64,000 nt of DNA from a bacterium (GTDB taxonomy: Bacteria; Armatimonadota; Fimbriimonadia; Fimbriimonadales; Fimbriimonadaceae), in the NCBI GenBank assembly GCA_027485645.1, contig JAIXQR010000001.1, forward strand, positions 363,632-427,631, written 5' to 3'. The notes beneath the pieces are model-generated. The model ran no database searches. It had not been told where the DNA came from and saw only the letters and a list, made by a program, of their open reading frames with translations. Positions 1 through 9,688 of this stretch are shown one piece after another. A program made the position numbers and the translations under genes. The stretch's first letter is position 1. Each line of letters begins with the position of its first letter.

Positions 1-627
1 AAAGTTGGCGCGTAGCTGACTCAATAAATCATCGGCCGAAGACACCGCGAATGCCGCGGGAGCATAAAACCGGTGGCCGCGCGACTCGTTTCCGCTCGCC
101 ACGCCTTCGATGTCGAACGGCACAACAACCCCATCCAAAATCGCAAGCAGCCAGCGAATCGGTCGGGCGAACCGCATTCGCGTCGAGCCCCAGCGCATCG
201 ACTTTTGGAACTGCAATTCCCGAATCGTCTTCGGGAGAAGTGCTTCGAGAATGGCGGTCGCCGATTGTCCCGGAATCTGCTTCGTGATCCAAACGTATTG
301 GTCGTCCTTGCGAATGGTCGATACATCCACACCCTGGCCACGGCAGAAGCCAAGCAGCGCAGGAGTTGGCTCGCCTTCGGCGTTGAATGCTCCCTTGAGC
401 GCGGGGCCACGGACGTCCTTCTCCGTGTCTTCCTGCCGATCGAGCAATCCCGAGATTGAGACGATCAGTCGTCTTGGAGTGCCATAGGTCGCGACTTTGT
501 GGTCTGCACCAAGGAGTTGAGAAGCGTTCAACGCGCTGACCAGTTGCCCGGAGAGGTCGCCCAAAGCGCGCGCCACAAACGCCGCCGGCAACTCTTCGCA
601 TCCCACTTCCAGCAACAATTCCGCCAT
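1..627 (-). CDS. glyS: Glycine--tRNA ligase beta subunit, N-terminal part (runs off window start)
   Basis: Translated by hand from ATG at 627: MAELLLEVGCEELPAAF...TYGTPRRL...KSMRWGSTRMRFARPIRWL...SRGHRF; these are hallmark GlyS motifs. Missing from the ORF track because it has no stop in the window. Confidence 0.95.
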   Translation of the reverse strand, partial: MAELLLEVGCEELPAAFVARALGDLSGQLVSALNASQLLGADHKVATYGTPRRLIVSISGLLDRQEDTEKDVRGPALKGAFNAEGEPTPALLGFCRGQGVDVSTIRKDDQYVWITKQIPGQSATAILEALLPKTIRELQFQKSMRWGSTRMRFARPIRWLLAILDGVVVPFDIEGVASGNESRGHRFYAPAAFAVSSADDLLSQLRANF

Positions 628-688
628 CGCGAAAGAGGATACCGTTCGCCCGTTGCAGTAACCCCGTAAATCCTGTATCTTGGAGCCG

Positions 689-1636
689 ATGAGCAGGATG
701 CGAATCGATCTTTGGCTAGGGCTCGGCCTCGCCCTCTTTTTGACTACCGCGGGATGCTCAAAGCCAAGCTCAGGCCTGCCAAAGGTCGGCTTCGCCCAGT
801 TCACCAGCACCAGTAGCCTCGATCAGCTCCGCGAAGGATTCGTAAAGGGGCTCGCCGAAGAGGGATTTGTTGACGGGAAAACCGTCGAGATCGACTTCCA
901 AAATGCTCAAAGCGACGCCGGAACCATGAGCCTGGTGATGCAGAAGCTCGCGACTTCCGTTGACGTCGTCGGGCTATGCAGCACGCAGGCCCTCCAAGCC
1001 GCGATCAAAAGCGTCAAGGACAAACCGGTCATTTTCTGCGGCGTTATCGATCCCGTTGCCGCTGGTGCGGCCACCACAATTTCTGAACCAAAGCCGAACG
1101 TGACCGGCGTTTACAACCCATTCCCGGTTACCGAAGGGGTCGACATGATCCATAAGTTCATGCCGTCGGTGAAGAAGATCGGCACTCTCTACGATCCCAG
1201 CGAGCCGTTTTTTGGCGGAATGCATGAGGAGGCCAAGAAGGCTTGCGCCAAGAACGGGCTGGAGTTCATCGTTGTGACGGTCAACTCTTCCAACGACATC
1301 GTCACCGGCATGCAGGCGCTCAAGGCGAAGGGCGTTGAGGCGGTGCTGCAACTGCCCAGCAATACGGTGAACCAAGGGGTGGATGGACAGATCAAAACTG
1401 CCGGAAACCTGGGCCTGCCGATGTTCAGCCTTCAGCCGGACCAACTCGACAAAGGGATCGTTGCAACCGTCGGGGTTGACCTTGAAGAGGCCGGTGCCCA
1501 AGCCGGACGCATGGCGGGCAAAGTGTTGAAGGGCGAGAAGACATCGAAGTTTCCGCTAGAAACCGCGAAGCTGCAGCCCGTCGCGACCAACTCTGCGGCG
1601 GCAAAGCAGTTCGGAATTACCCTGCCCACGAACTAG
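689..1636 (+). CDS. ABC transporter substrate-binding lipoprotein (ABC_sub_bind type, putative aromatic amino acid uptake)
   Basis: Lipobox TAGC; 'VIFCGVIDPVAAG', 'NVTGV', 'KKIGTLY' typical of the family; first of three ABC genes. Start 689 preferred over 680 because TATCTT lies 7 nt upstream. Confidence 0.85.
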   Translation: MSRMRIDLWLGLGLALFLTTAGCSKPSSGLPKVGFAQFTSTSSLDQLREGFVKGLAEEGFVDGKTVEIDFQNAQSDAGTMSLVMQKLATSVDVVGLCSTQALQAAIKSVKDKPVIFCGVIDPVAAGAATTISEPKPNVTGVYNPFPVTEGVDMIHKFMPSVKKIGTLYDPSEPFFGGMHEEAKKACAKNGLEFIVVTVNSSNDIVTGMQALKAKGVEAVLQLPSNTVNQGVDGQIKTAGNLGLPMFSLQPDQLDKGIVATVGVDLEEAGAQAGRMAGKVLKGEKTSKFPLETAKLQPVATNSAAAKQFGITLPTN

Positions 1637-1640
1637 AAAG

Positions 1641-2456
1641 ATGGAACTCTGGATCGGAGCGATTACCCAAGGCGCGGCCTATGCCCTCTTGGCCCTCGCG
1701 GTATTCCTGTCCTTCCGCGTGCTTCGTTTTCCGGATATCTCCGTCGACGGCACGTTCACGAGCGGAGCGGCAATCTTTGGGGTGTTGGTCGCCCAGAGCC
1801 TCAACTTGTGGCTCGCGCTGGGCGTTGCCTTTCTCGTCGGCGTCGTCGGCGGAGCAATCACCGGACTCATCCACACCCGGTTCCAGATCAACGACCTGCT
1901 AAGCGGCATCATCACGATGACCGCGTTATACAGCATCAACCTCCGCGTCATGGGCCGCTCCAACTTGCCGGTAAGCGCGGCCGAGTTAGGCTACGCGGTC
2001 TTTGGAATTGCCCTCTTTGCCGTCGCAGTACTTTGGTGGTTCCTCCGGACCGATTACGGTTTGGCTTTGCGAGCGGTCGGCGATAACCCAGAAATGTCAT
2101 CGGCCCAAGGGATCAGCGTTCGAAACCTCAAAACCGTTGGCCTAAGCCTTTCGAACGGCTTCGCCGCCCTCGGCGGCGCGGTCATCGCTCAATACAACGG
2201 CTTCGCCGACATCACGATGGGCATCGGCGCCCTCGTGACGGGCATGGCCGGAGTGATGATCGGAGAGCGTTTCATGCCTCCCAAGTCGGTCCTCTTCGCC
2301 GTCGGTGGCGCGCTAGTTGGCTCGATCGTGTTCCGATTGCTCATCGCCGGTGCGCTCCAAGCGGGAATGAACCCGATTGACCTTAAGCTGATCACCGCGG
2401 CCTTCGTGCTCATTGCGCTTGCCTTGCCGAGATTATCGAAGGGGCGAGCGAGATGA
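1641..2456 (+). CDS. ABC transporter permease
   Basis: Hydrophobic; 'FRVLRFPDISVDGTF', 'LLSGII', 'ADITMGIG' motifs; lies between the SBP and ATPase genes. Confidence 0.9.
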   Translation: MELWIGAITQGAAYALLALAVFLSFRVLRFPDISVDGTFTSGAAIFGVLVAQSLNLWLALGVAFLVGVVGGAITGLIHTRFQINDLLSGIITMTALYSINLRVMGRSNLPVSAAELGYAVFGIALFAVAVLWWFLRTDYGLALRAVGDNPEMSSAQGISVRNLKTVGLSLSNGFAALGGAVIAQYNGFADITMGIGALVTGMAGVMIGERFMPPKSVLFAVGGALVGSIVFRLLIAGALQAGMNPIDLKLITAAFVLIALALPRLSKGRAR

Positions 2457-3217
2457 TCTCAATCCGAAATGTGATCCAGCGCTTTGAACGACCCGATGGT
2501 GGGGCAACTCTCGCGCTACAGGACATTTCGCTCGAGATCCCGCGCGGCGAGTTTTTGCTCCTCGCCGGCACGAATGGGTCCGGTAAGTCCACCCTGCTCA
2601 ACGTTCTCGCGGGCACTTTTCCACCAACATCGGGCCAGGTGCAGATCGACGGAGTTGACGTCACGCGCCAAGGACCCGAGCTACGAGCATCTAAGCTCGC
2701 GCGAGTCTTTCAGAACCCGTACCTAAGCACGGCTGGAACCCTGACCGTAGCGGAGAACATGCGACTCGCCGAGCTCCGGGGCGGAAAGCGCACCCTTCGG
2801 CTTGGCCTAAGCCGGTCCGCGAAAGCCCGCCACGCCGAAGCCCTCGCCGCGTGCGGAATGGGCCTCGAGAACTTCCTCGACCGCCCCACCAACACCCTCA
2901 GCGGCGGCCAGCGTCAAGCCCTCGCCGTCGTCATGGCAACGATCGTCACGCCGAAAGTGCTTCTTCTGGACGAGCACACCGCCGCGCTTGACCCCGAAGC
3001 CGCCGAGAAGGTGATGCAACTCACCGCCCGCCTCGTCGCGGATCACGGCATCACTACCGTCATGGTCACCCACTCCCTAGACCACCTCCCCCGCTTCGGC
3101 ACCCGCGCGGTGCTTCTACACCTCGGGAGGGTTCAGGAGGAGTGGAGCGGGGCGGCAAAGACGGCGTTAACGTCTGCGGAGCTACAGCGGCGATTTACTA
3201 GCTTGTACGGCGGTTGA
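2453..3217 (+). CDS. ABC transporter ATP-binding protein
   Basis: Walker A GTNGSGKS, signature LSGGQ, Walker B LLLDEHTAALD; ATGA overlap with the permease. Confidence 0.95.
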   Translation: MISIRNVIQRFERPDGGATLALQDISLEIPRGEFLLLAGTNGSGKSTLLNVLAGTFPPTSGQVQIDGVDVTRQGPELRASKLARVFQNPYLSTAGTLTVAENMRLAELRGGKRTLRLGLSRSAKARHAEALAACGMGLENFLDRPTNTLSGGQRQALAVVMATIVTPKVLLLDEHTAALDPEAAEKVMQLTARLVADHGITTVMVTHSLDHLPRFGTRAVLLHLGRVQEEWSGAAKTALTSAELQRRFTSLYGG

Positions 3218-3242
3218 GTCCAAACAAAAAACGCCACCAAGA

Positions 3243-4406
3243 TCACTTCTCTTCGACCGAAACCGCAACCAGCGGGCTGAACGCGCCGAAGTCGCCTTTG
3301 CCCGACCGGCGGAGTCGCCATTGGAAGTTGTACATCCCGGCAAGGGCGGGCGCTTTCACCGAGAAGTTGAACGTGTACGACTCGCCCGGAGCGACCGAGA
3401 CGGGCAGCAAAATCGACTGCTTGCCCCATCGGTTATTGCCCGCTGGACTCTGACTGTAAAGTGCGTAAGGTCCCGGTGTCCAGGTGTCTACGCCAGTGTT
3501 CGTAAACCGAACCGAGACGTCGTAGTCCCGCGTGACAAACATCGTGGTAGGAACGATTTGCGAGTCGCACGTCGAATTGTTTCGATACCGAACTTCGATC
3601 GGAACCGTCGGGCTGATCGGTCCAAAATTCGCCACGCTAGATCGGCGAAGCTGCCAAAGGTGGTTATAGACGCCTTCAGTCTTGGGCGCTTCCAGCCGAA
3701 AGTTGTAAGTCTTGAACTGACCCGGCGCAATACTCTCTCCGGGGTTCAGCGAGATGCTGTCCTTGCCGAAGACCTTTGCCGGACTGCTGAGGGACACGAG
3801 GCGGAAGGTGTCGTAGGTCCAAGTCGAAGAACCGCGGTTCTGGAAAACCAGCTGGACATCGAACTTGTTTCCTGGCTCAACAAAGGTCGGAACCGACTGG
3901 CTAATGAAATCAGCGGCGTCGCCAGAAAGGGCGGTTACAACCACGTTCGGGGTCATCGCGCCAAAGTTGGCTGGACTCCCTGGCGAGGTCTTGCGCATCT
4001 GCCACTGGAAGTTGTAGCGGCTCGGTCGAGTCGGAACGGTGATGTTGAAGTTAAACGTGTAGGTTGCGCCTGGAGCGACGGTCACACCGGAAGGCAGCTT
4101 CACATCGGTCCGGCCCCAAACGTCGTTGGCGTACGGGTTCATGGAAACCAGCCGGTGAGTGGCTTGTGTCCAGGTCGTCGTCCCGACGTTTGTCAGCGTG
4201 ATCGAGACTTGGTGAACGTTGCCCGCGTAATACTGCTCCTGAACCGTCTGGGACACAAACTCGGCGTTGTTTCCGTCGACCTGGGCCGTGACTGCCGTCG
4301 GATTTAGGCGCGAAGAGACCGGCTCAAGCCCACCGTGCTCTCCAAGAAAACTAACCAACAAAAGCAAACCAACGCGGCCCATCACGGCCGGAGTGTACGG
4401 TCGCAT
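3243..4406 (-). CDS. Secreted protein with three tandem NBR1-like Ig domains
   Basis: Three ~100-aa repeats of pattern 'F(V/I)SQ..P...G....V.....N.G..TW......L......W/FG...V.L....VAPG..YTF.F....P...G.YN.QW.LR'; hydrophobic N-terminus. Confidence 0.75.
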   Translation of the reverse strand: MRPYTPAVMGRVGLLLLVSFLGEHGGLEPVSSRLNPTAVTAQVDGNNAEFVSQTVQEQYYAGNVHQVSITLTNVGTTTWTQATHRLVSMNPYANDVWGRTDVKLPSGVTVAPGATYTFNFNITVPTRPSRYNFQWQMRKTSPGSPANFGAMTPNVVVTALSGDAADFISQSVPTFVEPGNKFDVQLVFQNRGSSTWTYDTFRLVSLSSPAKVFGKDSISLNPGESIAPGQFKTYNFRLEAPKTEGVYNHLWQLRRSSVANFGPISPTVPIEVRYRNNSTCDSQIVPTTMFVTRDYDVSVRFTNTGVDTWTPGPYALYSQSPAGNNRWGKQSILLPVSVAPGESYTFNFSVKAPALAGMYNFQWRLRRSGKGDFGAFSPLVAVSVEEK

Positions 4407-4473
4407 TTCGGGCCATAACCGACCCTTAACGCAAAAGTTGGATTTTTGTGATCACATTGGCTGACTAAACCAA

Positions 4474-5127
4474 CTACAGTTGACCAAGCTCAGCCTCGGC
4501 CTTCGTTTGTAGCCGGGTCATTTCGGTTTCTAGCTGCAAGCGAATGCGCTCGAGTGTCTCTTCGTCAGCGTCCATCGGAACGTAAATCGGCTCACCCGCA
4601 TAGCCAATGCATTTGGAGAACGGCCAAGGCACCATGTACCGGTCCCAAGACTTGGTGAGAATTCGAGGCTTCGCGCTCATCCCGGCGGGAATCAATGCGG
4701 CACCAGACTTTTGCGCAAGCATCAAAACTCCCGGCTGAACAACCTGAGAGGGGCCCCGAGGGCCATCTGGCGTCATCGCCATGCTCGTCCCGCTCTTCAA
4801 CATTCGGATCCCCTCCACCGCTGCCCGAATGCCACCACGGCCCGTACTGCCACGGATCACTTCAAAACCGAAGCTCTCAAAAATTCGGGTCTGGATTTCG
4901 CCATCTCGCGAGTGGCTGATGATGACCCCGTACTTTCGAGGCCAATTTCGAGTTACGAAAATGAACGTTCGGCCATGCCAGGCGCACATGATGTGCGGGT
5001 CAGGAAGCGCCTCAAACCCTTCCGACTTAAAGCGAACGGATCGCCCAACGACCTTAACCAAAAACGCGACCGCCCCAGAAATGATTTCTGGCCGCCGCTC
5101 TCGCCACCAGTACTTCAGCGAAGCCAT
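4474..5127 (-). CDS. DUF374 / lysophospholipid acyltransferase family protein
   Basis: 'AWHGR', 'ISHSRDGE', 'IRGSTGRGG', 'TPDGPRGP' and 'SWDRYMVPWPF' motifs. Confidence 0.9.
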   Translation of the reverse strand: MASLKYWWRERRPEIISGAVAFLVKVVGRSVRFKSEGFEALPDPHIMCAWHGRTFIFVTRNWPRKYGVIISHSRDGEIQTRIFESFGFEVIRGSTGRGGIRAAVEGIRMLKSGTSMAMTPDGPRGPSQVVQPGVLMLAQKSGAALIPAGMSAKPRILTKSWDRYMVPWPFSKCIGYAGEPIYVPMDADEETLERIRLQLETEMTRLQTKAEAELGQL

Positions 5128-6200
5128 CCACGTGTCCTTGCCACTTCGGTGGCACCGCTCAAAGGAAATTCTGCTTGCAACTGGGTCAACAGCTCGGAGG
5201 CTTTTTCTGCGTCGTGGTCACGCGCAAATTTTGCCCAGGCCAACAACGCATCTGGCTTCGCCCGGGCATCACTCGACTCCGCCACGCTCTGAAAAAGCTC
5301 ATCGGCAAGAATCGGATCCGAGTCGCTAAATCGATCCGCAAACTGAGATCTCTCCACGGCCGAGATTCGGTCGATCTGATTCAGCTCGATGAGTCGAGTC
5401 AGGCACTCGTGGGTTCGCGAGGCGTCTAGCACCATGAGCTTACAAATCGCTTCGGCCTCACCATCCACGTCGGAAAGCCCTCGGCAGGCAACGGCTAACT
5501 CGCTCACCGCGTGGGGATCCGAAGGGTAACGCTGCAGGTGCCGCTCAGCCGCCACCTTCATGGCCGCTGGGCCGCGAATGCTCATCTGGTCAAGCGCTTG
5601 CCGAGCGACTTGCCGCTGACCAAAGTCGGGCGTCCGGAAAACCAAGCTCAACATCACTCCCATGCCAAACCCGCCAATATGAGCCCAGTACGACGTTCCC
5701 CCCGCATCCCCAATCCGCACTACCGCGCCAACCAGCTGAAGTCCGAGCCAAACCAGCGTGATCACCAGGACCGGCAACGCAAGCCGTGGGACAACCGGGA
5801 CGCGCACTGCCTGGTATCGCAGCGCATAGTAGCCAATGCAGCCGGCAACGCAGCCGCTGGCCCCAATGTATGGCACCGGATTCTCGAGCGATCGAGTCAT
5901 GAAGTAATGAAGCATCAACCCCGCCCCTCCGCTCAGGAAGTAAACCAACGCGTACCGGAACCAACCGGTTGACATCTCCACGGCAGAACCAACCGCCGCC
6001 AAAAACAGCATGTTGCCCAAAAGGTGGATGACGTTTTGGTGCAGAAAGAGGCTGGTGATGTATGCCCGAAACACCGGATTGTGCGAGTCAAATCCGAACT
6101 GAAACACGAGGTCCGGATTGATCAGGACCGCGAAGGCAGCAAACAGATTTCCGGCCACCAGCAACAAGGTGATGACCGGTGGTCGGGGTTGAGCGGTCAA
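5115..6200 (-). CDS. Rhomboid family intramembrane serine protease with C-terminal helical (TPR-like) domain
   Basis: 'HLLGNMLFL', catalytic 'GASG' and 'AHIGG'. Confidence 0.9.
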   Translation of the reverse strand: MTAQPRPPVITLLLVAGNLFAAFAVLINPDLVFQFGFDSHNPVFRAYITSLFLHQNVIHLLGNMLFLAAVGSAVEMSTGWFRYALVYFLSGGAGLMLHYFMTRSLENPVPYIGASGCVAGCIGYYALRYQAVRVPVVPRLALPVLVITLVWLGLQLVGAVVRIGDAGGTSYWAHIGGFGMGVMLSLVFRTPDFGQRQVARQALDQMSIRGPAAMKVAAERHLQRYPSDPHAVSELAVACRGLSDVDGEAEAICKLMVLDASRTHECLTRLIELNQIDRISAVERSQFADRFSDSDPILADELFQSVAESSDARAKPDALLAWAKFARDHDAEKASELLTQLQAEFPLSGATEVARTRGWLR

Positions 6201-6940
6201 TCTTCTTCGTACGCATCCTCGCCGATGTCGACGTTCACGTAGGTTTCTTGAACATCGTCCAAATCGTCCAGGGCGTCAAGCAGTTTGAGCAACTTGATTT
6301 GGTCTTCCGGCGAAAGCTCGGTCTTGTTTGTTGCAAGGTACGTGAGCTGAACTTCGGTGGTCTTCACGCCAGCAGCTTCCAGTGCGGTGTTTACGCGGTG
6401 TAGATCTTCCATCGCGGTCGTCACCGTGAAGGTGTCTTCGTCAAGCTGAACGTCGTCCGCTCCGGCTTCGAGGGCGATGAGGGTGAAGTCGTCTTCCTCG
6501 TAGTTGCCCTTGGCGACTTGAATCTGGCCAACGTATTTGAACTGCCAGCTAACCGCGCCGTTTTCGGCCATGTTGCCGCCATTCTTGTTGAATGCCGTTC
6601 GAACGTCGCCTACGGTTCGGTTTCGGTTTTCCGAGTAGCACTGCAGGATGATTCCAGCCCCACCGGGTCCGTAGCCTTCGTAAATGATTTCTTCGTAGTT
6701 GGCCCCTTCTACCGCGCCTGAACCTCGGTCAATGGCGCGCTTGATGTTCTCGTTCGGCAAGGAAACCGACTTCGCCTTTTCAACCGCAACTCGAAGTCGG
6801 GGGTTCATCGCGACGTCGCCGCCCCCAAGTCGTGCAGCAACGATGATTTCTCGGGCGAGCTTGGTAAAGAGCTTTCCGCGAATCGCGTCCTGCTTACCTT
6901 TTCGGAGCCGAATGTTCTTCCATTTACTATGGCCAGCCAT
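6197..6940 (-). CDS. yebC: YebC/PmpR family protein
   Basis: MAGHSKWKNI, 'YEGYGPGG', 'DLDDVQETY'. Confidence 0.97.
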   Translation of the reverse strand: MAGHSKWKNIRLRKGKQDAIRGKLFTKLAREIIVAARLGGGDVAMNPRLRVAVEKAKSVSLPNENIKRAIDRGSGAVEGANYEEIIYEGYGPGGAGIILQCYSENRNRTVGDVRTAFNKNGGNMAENGAVSWQFKYVGQIQVAKGNYEEDDFTLIALEAGADDVQLDEDTFTVTTAMEDLHRVNTALEAAGVKTTEVQLTYLATNKTELSPEDQIKLLKLLDALDDLDDVQETYVNVDIGEDAYEED

Positions 6941-6971
6941 GGGTAACCGCTATTTTGGCATGGCTGGCCAT
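6929..6971. repeat. Perfect 13-bp inverted repeat whose stem contains the yebC start codon
   Basis: ATGGCCAGCCATG (6929-6941) and CATGGCTGGCCAT (6959-6971), 17-nt loop. Confidence 0.9.
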
Positions 6972-6977
6972 TCTCGG

Positions 6978-7574
6978 CTACTCAGCCGAAAGTTTGAGTT
7001 TCAGTCCGGCCAGAAAAGACTTCACGACAAAGAGGGAAGTCTGGTCCGGGCTGTGCCCGCCCGCGTGCCAGTGGACCTGAACATCGGCCCCAGCCGTCGC
7101 ATACTGGGTCGCGAGGGTTTGGGCATTCATCCGTGGAACCATCGGGTCGTGCTCGCCGCACACCATCAGGATTGGCATTCCAGTCAGCTCAGGCATCGGT
7201 TCTTCGGCGAACGGAACCATCGGTGCTAGCAGAACTGCCGCCGAGAACAACTCCGGATGTCGGATGACCAGCGCAGACGCCATGTTGGCCCCGTTTGAGA
7301 ATCCGAGCACGATTCGTTTTTCTGTCGGGAGCGTCGTCTGTACGAAGTCAGCCAACTGATCGGCGCGGAAGCGAAGGTTATCTTCATCGAAAACACCTTC
7401 CGCAAAGCGGCGGAACCACCGGTTCTGCCCGTTCTCCGGCTCTTCGCCGCGTACCGAAAGGTGACCGACCCCGGTTACCAACGACTGGCTGAAGGCAAGG
7501 AACTCTCGTTCATTACCACCCGTGCCGTGAAGCGCTACGACGGTCGGATTTCCGGTGACGTGTTGATGGATCAT
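6978..7574 (-). CDS. Alpha/beta hydrolase (phospholipase/carboxylesterase, MhqD-like)
   Basis: 'LHGTGG', nucleophile 'GFSNGA', Asp in 'GEHDP', His in 'GGHS'; coupled to a VOC dioxygenase gene as in mhq-type operons. Confidence 0.88.
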   Translation of the reverse strand: MIHQHVTGNPTVVALHGTGGNEREFLAFSQSLVTGVGHLSVRGEEPENGQNRWFRRFAEGVFDEDNLRFRADQLADFVQTTLPTEKRIVLGFSNGANMASALVIRHPELFSAAVLLAPMVPFAEEPMPELTGMPILMVCGEHDPMVPRMNAQTLATQYATAGADVQVHWHAGGHSPDQTSLFVVKSFLAGLKLKLSAE

Positions 7575-8497
7575 GCGTTTGGATACGTGATTTTTGGCAG
7601 GGCTGCTTCAATCTGCGCGCGTTTTGGCTCGTGCATCTTGGGCAGTTTCAGGCTCGTGCCGAGGGAATCGATGTCCTCATCGGTCGTGAATCCGGGGCCG
7701 TCAGTGGCGATTTCGAAAAGCACTCCGCCAGGCTCGCGGAAGTAGATGCTGTGGAAATAGTCGCGATCCCGAACGTCAGAAACGCTTGCCCCAACGCCGA
7801 CCAAATCGTTTCGCAGTTGCGCTTGAGTCTCGTCCGACGGAGTTCGGAAGGCGATGTGGTGCACCGTGCCCTTGCCGGGGCGCGCCGAAGCGAAGCCAAT
7901 CGTAGAGATGTCCACTCGCTGCCCCAGGCCGCGTTCTCCAGTGAAGAAAACGTACTCGGGGACTTCGATGTCCGGATCGTGATCAAATCCAAGCACCTTC
8001 ATCAAAAGGGCCGCCGTGCGCTCAACTTCGTTTTCGCGCAGCGTTACCGAGTGGATCCCGGCAATCTGGTGCTCAACCGGGACTGAACTCTTGTCCCAAG
8101 GAGCGACGAGCTTGTAGTTTGGATCTGGCACAAGTCGCAGCAGGAGCCCGTCCGGGTCGGCGAAATCGAGGGCATGCCCGTCTTCGCTCTCAACCGCGAG
8201 ACCATCGAGTCTTTCGCGCCAGAAGGCGAGCGACGACTCGGGAATGCTCAGCGAAGTAATGACGACCTGACCCGCGCCCTGTCGGCCTGACTGTGCCGTG
8301 GGGTAGGGGAAGAAGGTCAGGACCGTTCCGGGCGAACCTGCTCCATCACCATAGTAGAAGTGGTAAGCCGTCGGGTCGTCGAAGTTCACCGTCACCTTTA
8401 TGAGTCGCAGGCCAAGCACGCCAGCATAGAAGTCGATGTTTTCCTGGGCATCACCGCAAATCGCGGTCATGTGATGCAGGCCAAGAATGTTGTTCAT
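7571..8497 (-). CDS. Ring-cleaving dioxygenase, VOC family (MhqO/MhqA-like)
   Basis: 'GLHHMTA', 'KVTVNFDDP..YHFYYGD', 'GTVHHIAFR', 'RDYFHSIYFREPGGVLFEIATDGPGF'. Confidence 0.93.
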   Translation of the reverse strand: MNNILGLHHMTAICGDAQENIDFYAGVLGLRLIKVTVNFDDPTAYHFYYGDGAGSPGTVLTFFPYPTAQSGRQGAGQVVITSLSIPESSLAFWRERLDGLAVESEDGHALDFADPDGLLLRLVPDPNYKLVAPWDKSSVPVEHQIAGIHSVTLRENEVERTAALLMKVLGFDHDPDIEVPEYVFFTGERGLGQRVDISTIGFASARPGKGTVHHIAFRTPSDETQAQLRNDLVGVGASVSDVRDRDYFHSIYFREPGGVLFEIATDGPGFTTDEDIDSLGTSLKLPKMHEPKRAQIEAALPKITYPNA

Positions 8498-8641
8498 GCG
8501 TCCTTTCTACCGATAAATGGCTCTGATTGATGTGTTTTCGGACAAAACTATTGCCCGGACCTAGTAAATCTGGGCCCAAAATCCGACCAGACCGGCAAGT
8601 TCTCGCAATCCGCCCATGATTTCGCATGGTAAAACGCCAAC

Positions 8642-9688
8642 GTGTCCGTGTTTGAAATTTCCAACGAATACTTGCAGCGAACCTTGGTTGACCTGCTCAA
8701 CACGCCGAGTCCGACGGGAGATACCGACTATGCCATTGGCTTCCTGCAAGGGGAACTGGATGTCCTAGGCGTTCCGTGTCAGCGAACGGCAAAGGGCGCG
8801 TTGGTCGCGCAGTTGGAAGGCCATGACAGTAACCGGCCCCGCGCGCTTTCGGCACACATTGACACTCTTGGAGCAATGGTCGCAGAGATCAAGCCGAACG
8901 GACGCATTCGTCTCGCGGCAGTTGGCGGCGTCATGTGGCCAACCGTCGAGAGCGAGGGTGTCTACATCGCGACGCGATCCGGCCGGCGCATTCGAGGCTC
9001 GATCGTTCTTGAGAACGGTGCCGCCCATGTGAATCGCGACGCTCGGACCAAAGAACGAACCGCCGACACCCTGGAAGTCCGACTCGACGAACGCACGACC
9101 CGAGCGGACGAAACCCGATTGCTCGGAATTGAAGTTGGGGACTTCGTCTACTTCGACACCCGAACCGAAGTGTCTGACTCCGGATTCATTCGTTCCCGAT
9201 TCCTGGATGACAAGGCCTGCGTGGCCTGTCTCTTGGCCGCAGTTCAAGCGCTGAAGTCGATTGACATCACGCCCGGTCAGCGCACGTCGCTCCTGTTCTC
9301 AAATTTCGAAGAAGTCGGGCACGGCGGTATGGACGGGCTGCCTGATGATCTAGCCGAGTACGTGGTGCTCGATATGGCCTGCATTGGCAAAGGACTTCAG
9401 GGCGATGAATTCCACTGCTCGCTTTGCGTTGCCGACTCAAGCGGCCCATATAGTCGAAACCTTGGCGACAAGCTCCGCGGGCTCGCCAGCCAGCGCGGAA
9501 TCGACCTCGTCGCCGATGTCTATCCGTACTACGGATCGGACGGAAGCGCGTACTGGCGCTCGGGCGGACGGGCCGAAGTCGCGTTGATCGGCCCCGGCGT
9601 AGACACGAGCCACGGCTACGAGCGAACCCACATTGAGGCTCTGCGCGATACCGCCGAAGTCATTGCGGCGTATCTGATTTCGGATTAA
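8642..9688 (+). CDS. M42 family metallopeptidase
   Basis: Metal-ligand motifs 'AHIDT', 'LDDK', 'EEVG', 'LDM' and 'SHGYER'. Confidence 0.92.
   Translation: MSVFEISNEYLQRTLVDLLNTPSPTGDTDYAIGFLQGELDVLGVPCQRTAKGALVAQLEGHDSNRPRALSAHIDTLGAMVAEIKPNGRIRLAAVGGVMWPTVESEGVYIATRSGRRIRGSIVLENGAAHVNRDARTKERTADTLEVRLDERTTRADETRLLGIEVGDFVYFDTRTEVSDSGFIRSRFLDDKACVACLLAAVQALKSIDITPGQRTSLLFSNFEEVGHGGMDGLPDDLAEYVVLDMACIGKGLQGDEFHCSLCVADSSGPYSRNLGDKLRGLASQRGIDLVADVYPYYGSDGSAYWRSGGRAEVALIGPGVDTSHGYERTHIEALRDTAEVIAAYLISD

Noticed and set aside
3321-4307. Long antisense ORFs (also 33452-34480, 34897-35874, 46256-47539, 54593-55534, 63072-63980)
   Set aside because: They lie opposite well-supported genes, have no recognisable motifs, and are expected shadows in GC-rich DNA.
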